Shown here: one piece after another, positions 36,499 through 49,777 of the stretch
How the letters are laid out: every line of letters starts with the position of its first letter
How positions within the stretch are numbered: position 1 is the first letter of the stretch
Assembly: GCF_006345805.1 (NCBI RefSeq)
Contig: NC_043025.1
Span: 124,001-188,000, forward strand
Direction: 5' to 3'
Length of the DNA: 64,000 nt
Source: Octopus sinensis
Taxonomy: Eukaryota
The notes under the pieces: generated by a model
Database searches by the model: none
What the model saw: only the letters and a program-made list of their open reading frames with translations
What the model was told of the DNA's origin: nothing
Position numbers and translations under genes: made by a program

Positions 36499-37260
36499 TA
36501 AGTATCGTGTTTCTTATTAATTTTATCATCATTACCGTCATAATTAGCTTCATCAATCACCAACCTCTTAGTCGTTGTCGTCATCAACCACAGTAGATGA
36601 TACAAGCACACAGACTCTCTCCCCCTCTCTCTCTCTCACACACACAGCTATTTATTTACATTTTCTCAACGCTTGGATATTTTAAAAAAAAGCATTTATT
36701 TTGCGCTTTTCCGTTCTTGTCCCTACGGAACTGTTTGTCTTTGCTCAGTTTCTTTTAATTATACCAATTAACCGAGGGCAAAAATGTTTTCTTCTCTAAT
36801 TTTGTATAGAAGTAGAAGATGCAGACTCTAATGGGCAGAAAAATTCAAACAATTCCAGTAATTGCTTTAATTCAAACAGGAAAACTATTTAGCTGCTGAA
36901 ATATTTTCCTCAGCGAAAATTCATTTCGTACGAAGTGATCAAGTTAATTTTACATTAGGATCGATAGATACACACACAGCTCATACGATTTAAAACAGTG
37001 TCTAAGGGATATAAGAGAGGAACAAATCATATCCCATTGCCGGAAAAGGATATATTTTCACTTCGTTTCCATTCATTTCATTTTACCATCGCCAAATCAA
37101 TATAACATCTACCCATTTCTAGCGTACATTAGGTTTTGCGCTTCCGGTCAGTATGTCTAAAGAGTGATCAATATATTGACGAAATTCAACACTAGAGGCC
37201 GCGAAACAGACTAGCATTCTGAGTAGTCATATCCGTAACCAGTTATATATTGCTCGAGAA
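36499..37260. repeat. Third, more diverged copy of the ~0.8-kb sequence at ~24480-25235 (inverted) and ~50836-51630 (direct)
   Basis: TAAGTATCGTGTTTCTT...ATTACCGTCATAATTAGCTTCATCAATCACC...GAGGCCGCGAAACAGAC is shared, with many substitutions. Confidence 0.85.
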
Positions 37261-38239
37261 ATATAAATATAATATATATATATATACATATGCACACACC
37301 TCTATTTCTATTTTATTTATTGTTTTTTAAGAATATATAAGAAAATATATATAAGAAGATATATATATATATAATCTACAGATATCAAGTAGTTACGCAG
37401 TTTCAAACGGCTAAATTTAATTGAACAATACAAAAATTACATCAATTTAAATGCAATGCCATCTTCAGCTGCATAAATAATGAATTAGAATTTTAATAAG
37501 TAGGACACTTTAATGTAATTTTTCTCAAATATTTGAACAGAGCAAGAATATGGAGAAAATCATATTGTCGCCATTTTAGTTAAGAATAGACTACACTTCC
37601 AAGAATTGCATGGAGCCTGGTTGGGTCCTTGTGTTGTAAGGGATTGTAATTCATTTCTAAATCATTTATCTCTTTACAAACTACTAAATGAAAAACTAGA
37701 AATCTGTCTATTTTGAATAAATATATATGCTCTCCGTATATGTTTGCAACACTTCATGTATCATTGTCCTCAAATCAGCCAGCAGGTGGTCCAAACAATT
37801 TATTTCCAACATTAACTGCTGCTGCTGCTACTACTACTACTACTACTACTACTACTGACTTCTTTCATGTCCATATTTTGCTTCTTTTTCAGTGGTTTGT
37901 GATGAAAGCACAACATCAACTAACAATCGAGCTTTCTCTTGGCCAATGACAAAAATAGGAACTACTGCGGAGATCCCGTGTCATGGAAATGTAGCCACCA
38001 GGCATTGGTTCGTTTGTATTGATTTATTTCTACTCAAAATTTGAAGCTTTCAGCGTCATCCTATTGTGAGAGAATGTTACTTGGTAGAGCAGATAACAGC
38101 TTTATAGATTAACAAGATAGAATTAAACGTCCATCGGTTGCAATCTCTTGTCCCAGCATTTTTACATTTTATACATTATTTGATATAATTTAGCCTTGTC
38201 CTAACTATCTAGGTTTGCTTTGTCGCCAATAATATATAC

Positions 38240-38640
38240 AAAGCTTTCATTTCATTCGTTTTTATGTTCTGAGTTCAAATTCCGCCAAGGTCGACTTTGC
38301 CTTTAATTTTTCGGTTCGATGAAATAAATACCAATTGAGCACTGGGGTTGGTGTAAACGACTTATCCCTTCCCCTGAAATTGCTGGCCTTGTGCCAAAAT
38401 TTGAAACCAATATTAGACAAGGCTTTATGGTAGAGAGCTAGCGGAACCGTTACCATGCCGGACAAAATGCTTAGCAGCATTTCTTCTGACTTTACATTCT
38501 GAGATCAAATGCTACCAGGGTCGACTTTGTCTTTTACCCTTACGGGATCGATAAAATAAGTACCACTGGGGTCTATGTAATCGAACTACCCCCGCCCAAA
38601 ATAGCTGCCAAAATTTGAAATCAGCATTATTCAAAGATTT
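38240..38640 (-). mobile_element. Two adjacent tRNA-SINE copies
   Basis: GTTCTGAGTTCAAATTCCGCCAAGGTCGACTTTGCC at ~38266 and ACATTCTGAGATCAAATGCTACCAGGGTCGACTTTG at ~38495. These motifs read on the + strand as written, so the strand call is uncertain. Confidence 0.55.
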
Positions 38641-39423
38641 AAAGATTCTTGTAAGTTCCAGAATTTCACAAAATAATTGTAGCAAAGAAAGCACATACCT
38701 AGATACAGCCAATAGAATCTATCAGTGATTCTGTTGGTTTCAGGCTAATACTATTTATTCAATTTTATGATTACTGTAGAGCTATATATCTTGCTAGTAC
38801 ATGATGGTCATCCTGGGATTTCACTCATCACAGACTATGTAACACGGTCTCTCTTCTCTCATTTCTACCACGTCATTCCACAGGTTAAGCATCTAAATTG
38901 TTCCTCCCAGAGGCTGAGCTTTATTATTTATTAGTTTTACAAGACCAACCTGGTGGAATCACTCAAATCTGTGCATATGTAGGAAAATATACATAAATCC
39001 ATTGCTGCCGCTGTTGCTACTGATGTCTATGGTGGCGAAATATTAGCAACTAATTCCCCCATTCAACTTGAACTAACAACTTGGCTCCTTAATTCTGCAT
39101 CACCTACACCGTTCCAACTAATCTTGTATTGAATAATCATAAAAACAAGAAATTATTGTAATAAAAACAGATGCAGGAATATTGTTTTTATATCTGAACT
39201 CTAGTTAGAAATATTTGACATTAGTTTTGAGGATAGGGGTCAGGAGTAAATAATAGATTTTCCCCCAAATGCAAGACACCATTTATCCTTCTTTCACTAA
39301 ATTATGAGTTCAAATCACGACCAGTTCGAAGGTTTCTTATATTCCTCTGAGACTGATGAAATTCTCCTCAGAATGAATAAACTCGACTGACAATATTTAA
39401 CATTTATTTTTTCAGTTCTTCCA

Positions 39424-39557
39424 GAACGATGGGGCATCCAGAAATGGCATCAAGTCAAAACCTGTATCACAAAGTGTTCACCGTTTACTGGTATCTGGCA
39501 AGAACCAGACATGTCTCAATGTTACAATGCAGAACAGAGCAAAGGCATTGATGATGG
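39424..39557 (+). CDS. Possible isolated exon resembling the hormone-receptor (HRM) motif of adhesion/class-B GPCRs
   Basis: Acceptor-like TTTTTTTCAGTTCTTCCAG, open frame RWGIQKWHQVKTCITKCSPFTGIWQEPDMSQCYNAEQSKGIDD and donor G|GTGAG. The C-x4-G-x-W-x2-PD-x-S-x-C pattern matches; no linked exons found. Confidence 0.35.
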
Positions 39558-40221
39558 TGAGCGAGCAAATTATTTTTAAATGACTTTTACAGTAGTAGAA
39601 GTAGCAGGATGAGAAGAAGTAATTTTTGTGAGTGACTTTCTGTCTGTTTAAATACGACCACTCTGGTGGGGGTGGGGGTGGGGTGAGTGTGTATGTGTAT
39701 GTCTTTCTATGTCTGTTCCATTATGACTGTCCTGTGTGTGTGTGTGTGTTTGTAATTACAATGATTTTTCAAAAGGTAATGCAACCTATTCTCCCGTTTG
39801 AGTCCTCCAGGAATGTGTCCATCTCGTTCAACGGCAAATCATTTGACTCATTTATGGAAACGTTATGAAAGAATTTATTACTTTGGAGAGTTGAGTTCAT
39901 TATTGTAATATCGTTAAAAGCACGTTTTCGTAAACATTCTGCAGACAGGCTGAGTAGAGAGAGAAGCAGAAAAACAACAGGGATATTACTGGTACATACC
40001 TCTTTGCATACATTACGTTGGAGCGGTGGTTGTAGAATCTTCAAATATTCAATGACATACCCTACATATCTGTTTGTCATAGAATATAAGCAATTTACTT
40101 CTCTCAAATGTTATTATGGCACTGTCAAATTGAATAGATTTTCATATGCATTTAGTGATGTGATGATTTCAATTTCTCATTAGACCATTATGAAAACTTA
40201 TCACTATTAATCCTTAAATTA

Positions 40222-40420
40222 GGCGGTAAGCTGGCAGAATCGTTAGCAGAGCGGGAGAAATGCTTTGCAGTACTTCGTCTGTCTTTACGTTCTGAGTTCA
40301 AATTCCGCCAAGATTGACTTTGCTTTTCATAATTTCTGTGTCGATAAAATAAGCGCAAGTTGAGCTCTGGGTCAATGTAATCAACTTAACCCCTACACCA
40401 AATCTGCTGGTCACGTACCA
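40222..40420 (+). mobile_element. tRNA-SINE
   Basis: AGGCGGTAAGCTGGCAGAATCGTTAGC...GTTCTGAGTTCAAATTCCGCCAAG. Confidence 0.8.
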
Positions 40421-40619
40421 ATGTCTGAAACCTGTATTATTCCGTTTATTATGTCCTTTCATTTACACGATTTTTTCATTTCATGTTCATTTCATTCATC
40501 GTTTACAGTGCCCTCTCCCCCACACACACACTCCCTCTCTCTCTCACTCACACTCACACACACACACACAGATGGAATCAAACACCACGACATGAAGGAA
40601 AAGAGAAAAAGAGAGCACT

Positions 40620-41330
40620 TTTGGCGAGTGAGCAAAATATTGGTTTGAAAGCTGGAAAACTGAAGTGGACAGAGAAGCTAAAGGAGATGGACAGGAAGTC
40701 AAGAAAGGTTCTAACGATGTATGGAGCCCATCATCCACGTGCAGACCTCGATCGCCGATACACGAAGAGAGCGAATGGAGAAAAGGGACTGATAAGTGTG
40801 GGAAACTGCGTGCGTTTCGAACTCGAAGGCTTACTGAGATACCGAACCCAAAGTAAGGAAACCTTGTTAGTGACAGTTAGGAATGAGGGAGTATTGAAAG
40901 CAGGAAAAACGAAGGAAGAAACACAAAAAGAAATGAAAAAGAATGGCGCAAGAAGGGAGAACACAATGAATTTCCATATAACAAAAAGTAGGTGGGGTTG
41001 GCTGATGAAAGGAATTCTAAAGAAAGAGACCGAGAACACTATATTGGCAGCGCAAGAGTAAGCTTTGGCCACAAACTGGAGGGTCGACATTAGAATGAGC
41101 AAGTGTCCAGGAACTCCCACAATGCAAGCCTCAAGGAACTCCTACAAAACCTCTGATAAAGAGAAATAATAATCAAAATAAATAAATTTGACAAAAACTA
41201 ATAAGTTGCTGAAAATATGTGGAGCTCAACATCCGAAAGCAGATATCAACCGACTGTAATTAAGGAAAGACCAGACTGGGAGATGCTTAATAGCAGTAGA
41301 AGAATGTATAGAGATGGAAAAAAAAAAGCT
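40620..41330 (+). mobile_element. Old R4/Dong-type LINE fragments (post-RT region), distinct from the arm copies
   Basis: LKWTEKLKEMDRKSRKVLTMYGAHHPRADLDRRY...GLIS and GILKKETENTILAAQE; a second HPKADINRL-like piece near 41230. Confidence 0.75.
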
Positions 41331-41444
41331 TAGCCGAGTATTTACAATGTGGCACAGAAAAACTACTAAAGACTGAATAAAAAGGCAGGTAAAAGCAGAC
41401 TTCTCTTGCTAAATTTCTAATGAAAAGGCCTGCAAGTGTGAAAA

Positions 41445-41790
41445 GTGCAGAAACTGTGTCCAAAAAGCCTAAATTAAGCGACGCGAGAGAGAAAAGGCCC
41501 CAGTACTTATTCTTTGTAAGCCTAGTATTTATTCTATCGGTCTCTTTTGCCGAACCGCTAAGTTACAGGGTCGTAAACACACAAGCATCGGTTGTCAAGT
41601 GATGTTGGGGGGGGGGGGCAAAAACACACACAAACATATACACACATACACACACATAGATATATATACATATACATATATACGACAGGCTTCTTTCAGT
41701 TTCCGTTTACCAAATCCACTCACAAGGTTTTGGTCGGTCCGAGGCTATAGTAGAAGACACTTTCCCAAGGTACCACGCAGGTTCTTCCTG
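41445..41790 (-). mobile_element. SINE (second family), inverted relative to 42135-42550
   Basis: TATTCTATCGGTCTCTTTTGCCGAAC...GGTTGTCAAG...CCAAATCCACTCACAAGG...AGAAGACACTTTCCCAAGGTACCACGCAG. Confidence 0.8.
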
Positions 41791-42070
41791 AAATTTCAAT
41801 TGAAAGCGATTCTCCTTCCAAACGCTAATATCCCTCTTCCTTGCACACATTGTATCCCTCGTACACAGGGTAATCAAATTAATAAAAACCGCTTTAGATA
41901 TTTCTTTTGCGTTCTATTTTACTGTGCTTTTATTATTGTCATTTTCCTTGTAACTGTAGGCTTTTTGTTTCGAAACCCATAAAAATGGCCATTGGATGGT
42001 TTTGTGTTGCTGGAAAGGAACAATCATATTCTAATACATATGTCTGCATGTGTGGGCATGGTTGCATATA

Positions 42071-42115
<45 letters not shown>

Positions 42116-42134
42116 ATATATATATATGCGTATA

Positions 42135-42550
42135 GTAGTGGGTGTGTGGTAAGTAGATTGCTTACGAACCATATGGTCCCGGGTTCAGTCCCACTGCGTG
42201 GTACCTTGGGCAAGTGTCTTCTGCTATAACCTCAGGCCGACCAAAGCCTTGTGAGTGGATTTGGTAGACGGAAACGGAAAGAAGCCTGTCGTATATATGT
42301 ATATGTATATATATCTATGTGTGTGTATGTGTGTATATGTTTGTGTCTGTTTTTATCCCCCCCTCCAACATCGCTTGACAACCGATGCTGGTGTGTTTAC
42401 GACCCTGTAACTTAGCAGTTCGGCAAAAGAGACCGATAGAATAAATACTAGGCTTACAAAGAATAAGTACTGGGGTCGATTTGCTCGACTAAACGCGGTG
42501 CTCCAGCATGGCCACAGTCAAATGACTGAAACAATAAAAGAGTAAAAAGA
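42135..42550 (+). mobile_element. SINE (second family), near full length with internal (TA/TG)n
   Basis: GGTGTGTGGTAAGTAGATTGCTTACGAACCATATGGTCCCGGGTTCAGTCCCACTGCGTGG (tRNA-like head with B box) through GCATGGCCACAGTCAAATGACTGAAAC. Confidence 0.82.
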
Positions 42551-42994
42551 GTAAAGAGTATATATGAATCTTTAGTCAAATATATTCAATGAGAATATTA
42601 CATACTGAATATATATTGAGTGCTCTATTGTATCAAAGTGTTAATATTATTAAGGTATTTATATATTTAATGCGAGCGATTATATATATATTAATAATAT
42701 TTATTATTAATATTAAGAATTCAATATCAGAAAACTTCACAGAAAGATATACACGTGTGAAAAAAAATGGTTGTATTAAAAATATATAAATAAATAAATA
42801 TAAATATTTATAAAAATATATGTATATATGTATACGTATAAATATATAATGTATATGACAGTTTATAAGTTTTGAATTAAATATTTAAACCTTTTTTTAC
42901 GATCGTTTCACAGAAGTGCTGTCCCTATAATGAAATCCTATATTGGATACGTGTACGTGCACATAGATGCAAATAAATGTTTCTACATGTATAT

Positions 42995-43028
<34 letters not shown>

Positions 43029-43826
43029 GTTTACTTATGTAAGTACATATGAATATAAACTTATATATAGATATATGTTACGTATGTATGCAAATGTGGG
43101 CTGATTTACATATATGTATATATAAATAGATGAGTGTATTTTTACCTTGTTAACGATTAACACGGAAAAAATAAATAAATAGTTACCAGGGTAGCAAAAA
43201 TCTCACAAGTAAAGATGTTGTAACTCCTTGTTTATAAAGGTAGAAACTTCGTGTTTACGTTGAATATTTTGAATAATATATGAATAAGTAAATGGAGTTT
43301 AACGCAGGTGTAATCAAATATTTTTACTTTCGACACATGTTTCGACAATTCCACTGTTACTATTCAAAAGAATAAATGAAACAATGCAATCTTCTCTTCA
43401 GGAAGGTGAAAAAAGCGAAACTTGTCAATAAGACAGTTTAGCAAAAAATGATGGATTTGTATAGCGATAGACAGAACGCTATTAATATTGTTTAAAAAAA
43501 CGTTATATGATATAACGTCATAAGTAGCTAATAGAAAGAGTAGGGATACCCATAGTGAATGTTAAATATAAAGGAAATTAAAGTTTGAATTATATATAAT
43601 GATAGAGACTACTTATATGCACTAAATGTATGTTTCTGCCAATGCTTACATCTGTATGCTCGTTCTATAACCGTGTTTACTAGAGTATTTTTAGAAAAAA
43701 TAATGAAAAATAGCTCAGAATTGCAGAGAAGACAGAATTTCTTGCCTTTGTCATATGGTATCGAAATTGAGAGAATCAACCATTCTAAATGAAATTGTTC
43801 ATATATATACATATATATATATATAT

Positions 43827-43883
<57 letters not shown>

Positions 43884-44807
43884 TACATGGAACTGTGTAT
43901 GTGTACAAACATGCATTTATATATGTGTTTATACGTGTAGATGCAGATGTATTAATGTGAAGTATTTTTAAGTGTATATGTGATTATGAATGTATATTTT
44001 TATCTACGTATGTGGGTTTTATGTGCATCTATGACGTGTGTCTCATTTATAAATACAGCAATTATTTTCTATATCAATCCATAGGCTGGACCAAATCCTT
44101 CGCATTTCGTTTGATTTTAAAATCTTTCAACGAATATAAAAAACCTGCTGAGAACATATCAAGAGCCGTGAGTAGATATCTGTCCTCTCTTTCTCCGAAC
44201 ACACACACACGCGCGCGCGCTGAACACGCGCACACATGCATACACTCACACACACACACACACACACATGCATATTTTATACAAGAAATGCAAAACGTCA
44301 ATTTAAATAGTGAGTGAGCTCAATACGTTTCGTAGATAGTGATATCGATTTTGTTAGCCTGATCAGCTTAAACACATAAATACATACATATGTAAAATGA
44401 TTTCCTTATCTGTATCTTTTTATACTTCTCAAAGCTTTTAAATCAAACTTTGTTTCTTGAATTTAATGTCTGCATATATATATATATACACATCCGGCTT
44501 TTGCAGATGGAGCATGAGTTTTTAACCGTGACTGGAAAATTCCGAGTTGAATATCCTGGGTAAGCAAAAGCTTCTAACACATTTATTCAAATTTATTTTG
44601 TTTTGTTCCAAACATTCGATTTTATCGCACGTATTAGACGTCACCATAATCAACAGTGTTTTACTTGTGACCCACAATATACTAATTCGTACCTTCGACG
44701 AAACGCTTAAGTGTTTTATCAATGTTTTATTATACAAAGGACAAACAAACCCATATAAAGATAAAGAGAGAACTGTGTGTATATATATATATATATACAC
44801 ATACATA

Positions 44808-44847
<40 letters not shown>

Positions 44848-44877
44848 CTAATAATAATTTAACATTACTTGAAAAGG

Positions 44878-47800
44878 TAGTGGGTAGCGAACTTCTTTAC
44901 TACTTCAGGGAGTGACGACCCTGCCTGACACGAGTTCCGGGCTCAGCTGGCTCCGGCTGACAGTACCCGGTATGGGCCCCTATCCAGGGTTACGGAACGG
45001 AAACAACCTTCAAAGAAATCCGGAGTGGAGCCCCGAAGGCGGTCTAGTGTTCGACTCGACACTCTTCCGGCAGCTCCTGCAACCAAGCAGGTGCCAAACG
45101 TAATGCCCTGCACTCCTTTGGACTACATCAGCAAGGTCGAGAGAGGAAACCTGACGATTGGGCTACCCAGGACTTTCTTATCTATAGCCCAGGCTTGCGC
45201 AAACCTGGAGAGGACACTTCAGTGCTGCTGTAAAAAGCTGCAGAAACAACACAGGGGAGGTAACAGTCACGAGTGATAAGTCTATTCAGATTGGCGTAAA
45301 ATATGGGCGCTACGGGTTACCTCTGACGGTGGGAGGGACTCCGTGTCCTATTGGTTAGCTACTGCCCACCTCAAGCTGGGCAGCCCCCAGTTAATAAGGT
45401 GCTGACCCGCCACAGGTCGCCTGCTTCATTGGGTGCTTGAAGCTAAAAGTATGACTTGAAAAGCGGCCTGCAACCTCTGCACCAGGCAAACAACTAAAAG
45501 TCAAGAAAACACCAGTTGTGCGGTTGGCAAGTTGGAATGTCAGGACCATGTGCCCTGGAATATCTGATGATCTACTCAGGGTTGAAGACACAAGGAAAAC
45601 GGCCATCATTGACCGTGAACTAAAGAGGCTCAACATAGATATTGCTGGGCTGCAGGAGACAAGTCTCCCCTCGAACGGCAAACTCAAAGAGCAGGATTTC
45701 ACCTCCTTTTGGCAGGAAGCGATCCAGAAGAACCTCGTCAGCATGGCGTTGGCTTTTAGTGAGAAACTAATTACTCTCCTCAATAGAACCACCATCAGGA
45801 GGCACTGAGCGTATCCCCTCACTGCGCCATTCGACTTCTTCTGGCTCAGTACATCTACTCAGCATCTCTACTCTCACTCTCTATAGCTCAGAGGAGACCA
45901 AGAACCAGTTCTACAAAGATCTCAACTGTGTCATAGAAAATATACCAACGACTGAAAATATCTACCTTCTGGGGGATTTTAACGCTCGCGTGGGATCTGA
46001 CCATGATTCGTGGCCCATTTGTGTTGGACACTTTGGTATTGGCAACATGAATGACAATGGTCAGAGACTACTCGTATTCTGCACATACCACAACCTGTGC
46101 ATCACAAACACATTCTTTACCAACAAGCCTTTCCACAAGGCATCTTGGAGACATCCAAGATCTCACCACTGCATCAGCTGGATCTCATCATTACACGGAG
46201 ATCCTTTCTGAATTCTACTCTATTGACCCGCAGTTACCACAGCGCGGATTGTGACACAGACCACTCACTAATTAGAAGTAGGGTGAGGATTCTGCCTAAA
46301 AAAGTCCATCGCTTCAAGAAAGTGGGCCGACCACGCATTAACACTGCCAGAACCTCGGAACCTACACTGCGAAAATGTTTTGCTGCTTCTATCAAAGTTG
46401 CCCTCAGTAGCTGCCCAACCTCCTCTGCTGAAAGTAGGTGGAACTATATCAGGGAAGCTTTGTATACGACATCAATAGATACTTTCGGCATGAGAGAAAG
46501 GCAAAACCCAGATTGGTTCAATGCTGGGCTCTCAGAGCTGGAGCCAGTTATCGAAGCAAAGCGTGCAGCTCTGATGCAATACAAGAGTGATTCTTCTACA
46601 AAGTCACTCGAAGAACTCAGAAAGGCACGAAATAAAACCCAACTGACAGCCAGACGCTGTGCAAATGGGTATTGGCAGGAAATCTGTCAGAGTATCCAGT
46701 CAGCTGCTGACAGTGGCGACACCTGTGGGATGTATGCCGGTTTGAAGAAGGCCCTCGGTCCATCCGCAACCAAGTCAGCCCCTCTGGAGATCTCATCACG
46801 GATCAAGGCAAGCAAATGGATAGATGGGTGGAGCACTACCAGGATCTCTACTCACGGGAGACTACAGTGGCTGAGGCTGCAGTCGAGAGTGTCAAGATCT
46901 TGCCAGTCATGTGCGAACCTGACAGTCCGCCATCTATAGCAGAGCTCACCAAGGCTCTTGACTCCCTAGCAAGAACTAAGTCTCCGGGAAAAGACGGCAT
47001 CCCCTCAGATATCATCAAAGCCGGTAAAAACCCCATCCTGCTTCGGCATCTTCATGAGCTTCTGTGTCAGTGCTGGGAAGAGGGTACAGTCCCTCAGGAT
47101 ATGCGGGATGCTAACACCATTACGCTTTACAAAAACAAAGGTGACCGTGGTGATTGTAACAATTACCGTGGTATATCTCTTCTAAGCACTGTTAGAAAGA
47201 CCTTTGCCCGCGTTATCCTGGTAAGGCTACGACTACTTGCTCCTCGTATCTATCCGGAATCGCAGTGTGGCTTTAGAAGAAGCAGATCAACTATCGATAT
47301 GATATTCTCCGTACGCCAACTTCAGGAGAAGTCCAGAGAGCAGAAAATGCCATTATATATGGCCTTCATTGATATAAAAAAGGCTTTTGACTCGGTAAGC
47401 AGAACAGGCCTCTTCATCCTGCTCCAAAAAATCGGATGTCCACCAAAGCTGCTGAGGATCATCAAGTCTTTCCATGATGACATGCAAGGCACCTTACAGC
47501 ACAACGGTTCAACATCAGCCGCCTTCCAAATAAAAAACGGGGTAAAGCAAGGTTGTGTCCTCGCTCCTACATTGTTTGGCATCTTCTTCTCGCTCTTACT
47601 CTCACAAGCCTTTCAGACATCAGATGATGGAGTGTTTCTGCACAGTAGAAGTGACGGGAAACTGTTCAATCTCTCGCGCCTGTGTGCCAAGACCAAAATC
47701 AGAAACGTCCTGATCAAGGAGATGTTATTTGCTGATGATGCCGCTCTGGTATCACACACAGAAGAAGCCCTCCAAAGGTTCATTGACTGTTTTGAGGAAG

Positions 47801-48740
47801 CATGTAACGACTTTGGCTTAGCTATCAGCCTTAAGAAGACCAACATCATGGGTCAGGCTACATCGGACATCCCAAACATACATATTGGAGACCACAGATT
47901 ACAAGAGGTGGAGAAGTTTACCTATCTGGGCTCTATCGTCACCTACAACCTATCCCTTGACGCTGAGCTCAATATACGCATTGGAAAGGCAGCTGCTGCG
48001 ATGGCCCAACTCTCCAAACGGGCTTGGGACAACAATAAGCTGATGAAGACCACGAAAATGAAGATCTACCAGGCATGTGTACTCAGCACTCTACTGTATG
48101 GAAGTGAGACTTGCACGCTATACACACACAAGAGCCTCACCTAAACATCTTTCACCTGCGCTGCCTCCGAAAAATCCTCCGCATCAAATGGCAGAATCAT
48201 ATCCCCAACAAAGATGTCCTCAGGCAAGCAGGAATACCAAGCATGTTTGCACTCCTCACACAAAGACGTATGAGATAGCTTGGGCATGTTAGCCGTATGA
48301 AAGATGGCAGAATCCCCAAGGACATACTCTACGGAGAGCTTGCTAGCGGTACCAGGTCTGTGGGTAGACCGATCTTACGTTACAAGGATGTTTGCAAAAG
48401 GGACATGAAGGCCTGCAACATCAACATTAGCGGTTGGGAGGCAGTTGCCGGCAACCGTGGAGAATGGCGACGTACCGTAAAAGAGGGAATACAAAGGAGT
48501 GACAGAGAGAGAGAGGAGAAATGGAAAGAAAAGAAGAGACGTAAACAAGAAACTATGACATTACAACCAGCCAGGAACAGTCTTCGCTACATTTGCGGTA
48601 CCTGCCAGAGGGAGTGTTTGTCCAGGATAGGACTACACAGCCACAGCAGGAAATGTATCAGGATATGAAATATAAAAGCCGGACTGGACTATTTTATGCG
48701 CAACTCCATTGTCTCCCGAGACAAAAAGGATGCCAACCAA
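44878..48740 (+). mobile_element. Near-full-length RTE LINE, mirror of 30859-34720, frameshifted
   Basis: ORF pieces 45518..45808, 46097..46939, 46816..48144 (RT, LFADD) and 48297..48668. Confidence 0.92.
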
Positions 48741-48974
48741 TATATATATATATATATATATACATACACACACAGAAGGATAAGATCAATATTTAAATAT
48801 CGATTTTATCAGGTAGCCAGCATGGGAATAAAAAACATCAAAGGTAACAATTATTTACAATTATAATATAGGGTAATAGCAGTCAAATCTTGACTGTAAA
48901 ACCACATTAAATGTTCATATAGCACCAGGAGAGAAGACGAAGAGACAAAATAGAATAGCAAACATTTCTGGATA

Positions 48975-49033
48975 ATTCCAGATCCCGGATTTCTGACTCT
49001 GCATAAGAAATGCTCTGCCTTCATCAGTGGAAT
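48975..49033 (-). ncRNA. Hammerhead-like motif, mirror of 30572-30630
   Basis: Reverse complement of the left-arm motif, unchanged by eye. Confidence 0.55.
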
Positions 49034-49108
49034 ATACTCAGAAAAGCAAATAAATACAAATATAACATATACACATACGATATACTTACATAACGAACGA
49101 TTTATAAT

Positions 49109-49155
<47 letters not shown>

Positions 49156-49604
49156 GAGGGCATTATTACACATAAATGCCTCACACTAAGAGGGACATAA
49201 GTCATTTCTACCAAAAATTTCACTAATCATACCCAATGCAGTTTTTCAAAGCAAGACATTTAAAAAATGAATTTAGTCCTATATCACCTGTGATTTCGCA
49301 CTCACCGCATCAAAATTTGCGTCCATGCTCATCGGTAGAACTGATTCTGAACACATCATAAATAAACTACCAGCACTGTCGAAGTCGAACAGCCAACTGC
49401 TCTTTCTAACGAAGCACATGGAGAAGTTTATAAATCATATATCCGGTAAATGGCGGGCTTTTTCGAACTGCATTTCGGGTAGGAAAAGTTTTTTCGGAAT
49501 AAATTTAACAATTAAGGATAACTTATTGGGTATGATTAGTGAAATTTTGGTAGAAAGACTTATGTCCCTCTTAGTGTGAGGCATTTATGTGTAATAATGC
49601 CCTC
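49156..49604. mobile_element. 449-bp MITE-like element with ~85-bp TIRs (GAGGGCAT...ATGCCCTC) flanked by TATA
   Basis: The left end GAGGGCATTATTACACATAAATGCCTCACACTAAGAGGGACATAAGTC-A-TTTCTACCAAAAATTTCACTAATCATACCCAAT is mirrored at ~49525-49604. Confidence 0.85.
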
Positions 49605-49736
49605 TATATAATATAAATTAATATGTTCAAAGGAAAAAATTATTTTCGAATTTTTTCTCTGATGAGGTTTTTCACGCTATCTACCTGATAATTTCTTGTT
49701 AAGATTCCTTATTAAGAAGTTATCCTTAATTGTTAA

Positions 49737-49777
<41 letters not shown>

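Noticed and set aside
45005-45125. Possible HDV-like ribozyme in the RTE 5' UTR (hairpin AGTGT-TCCACTCG-ACACT plus a P4-like stem; mirror ~34480-34590)
   Set aside because: RTE 5' UTRs can carry HDV-like ribozymes, but I could not build a consistent P1/P2 double pseudoknot or J4/2, and the right copy alters the CC needed for P1.1. A descriptor search would be needed.
49655-49700. CTGATGA-GGT...ACC-TGATAA hammerhead-like string
   Set aside because: No GAAA core and no stem I/III partner.
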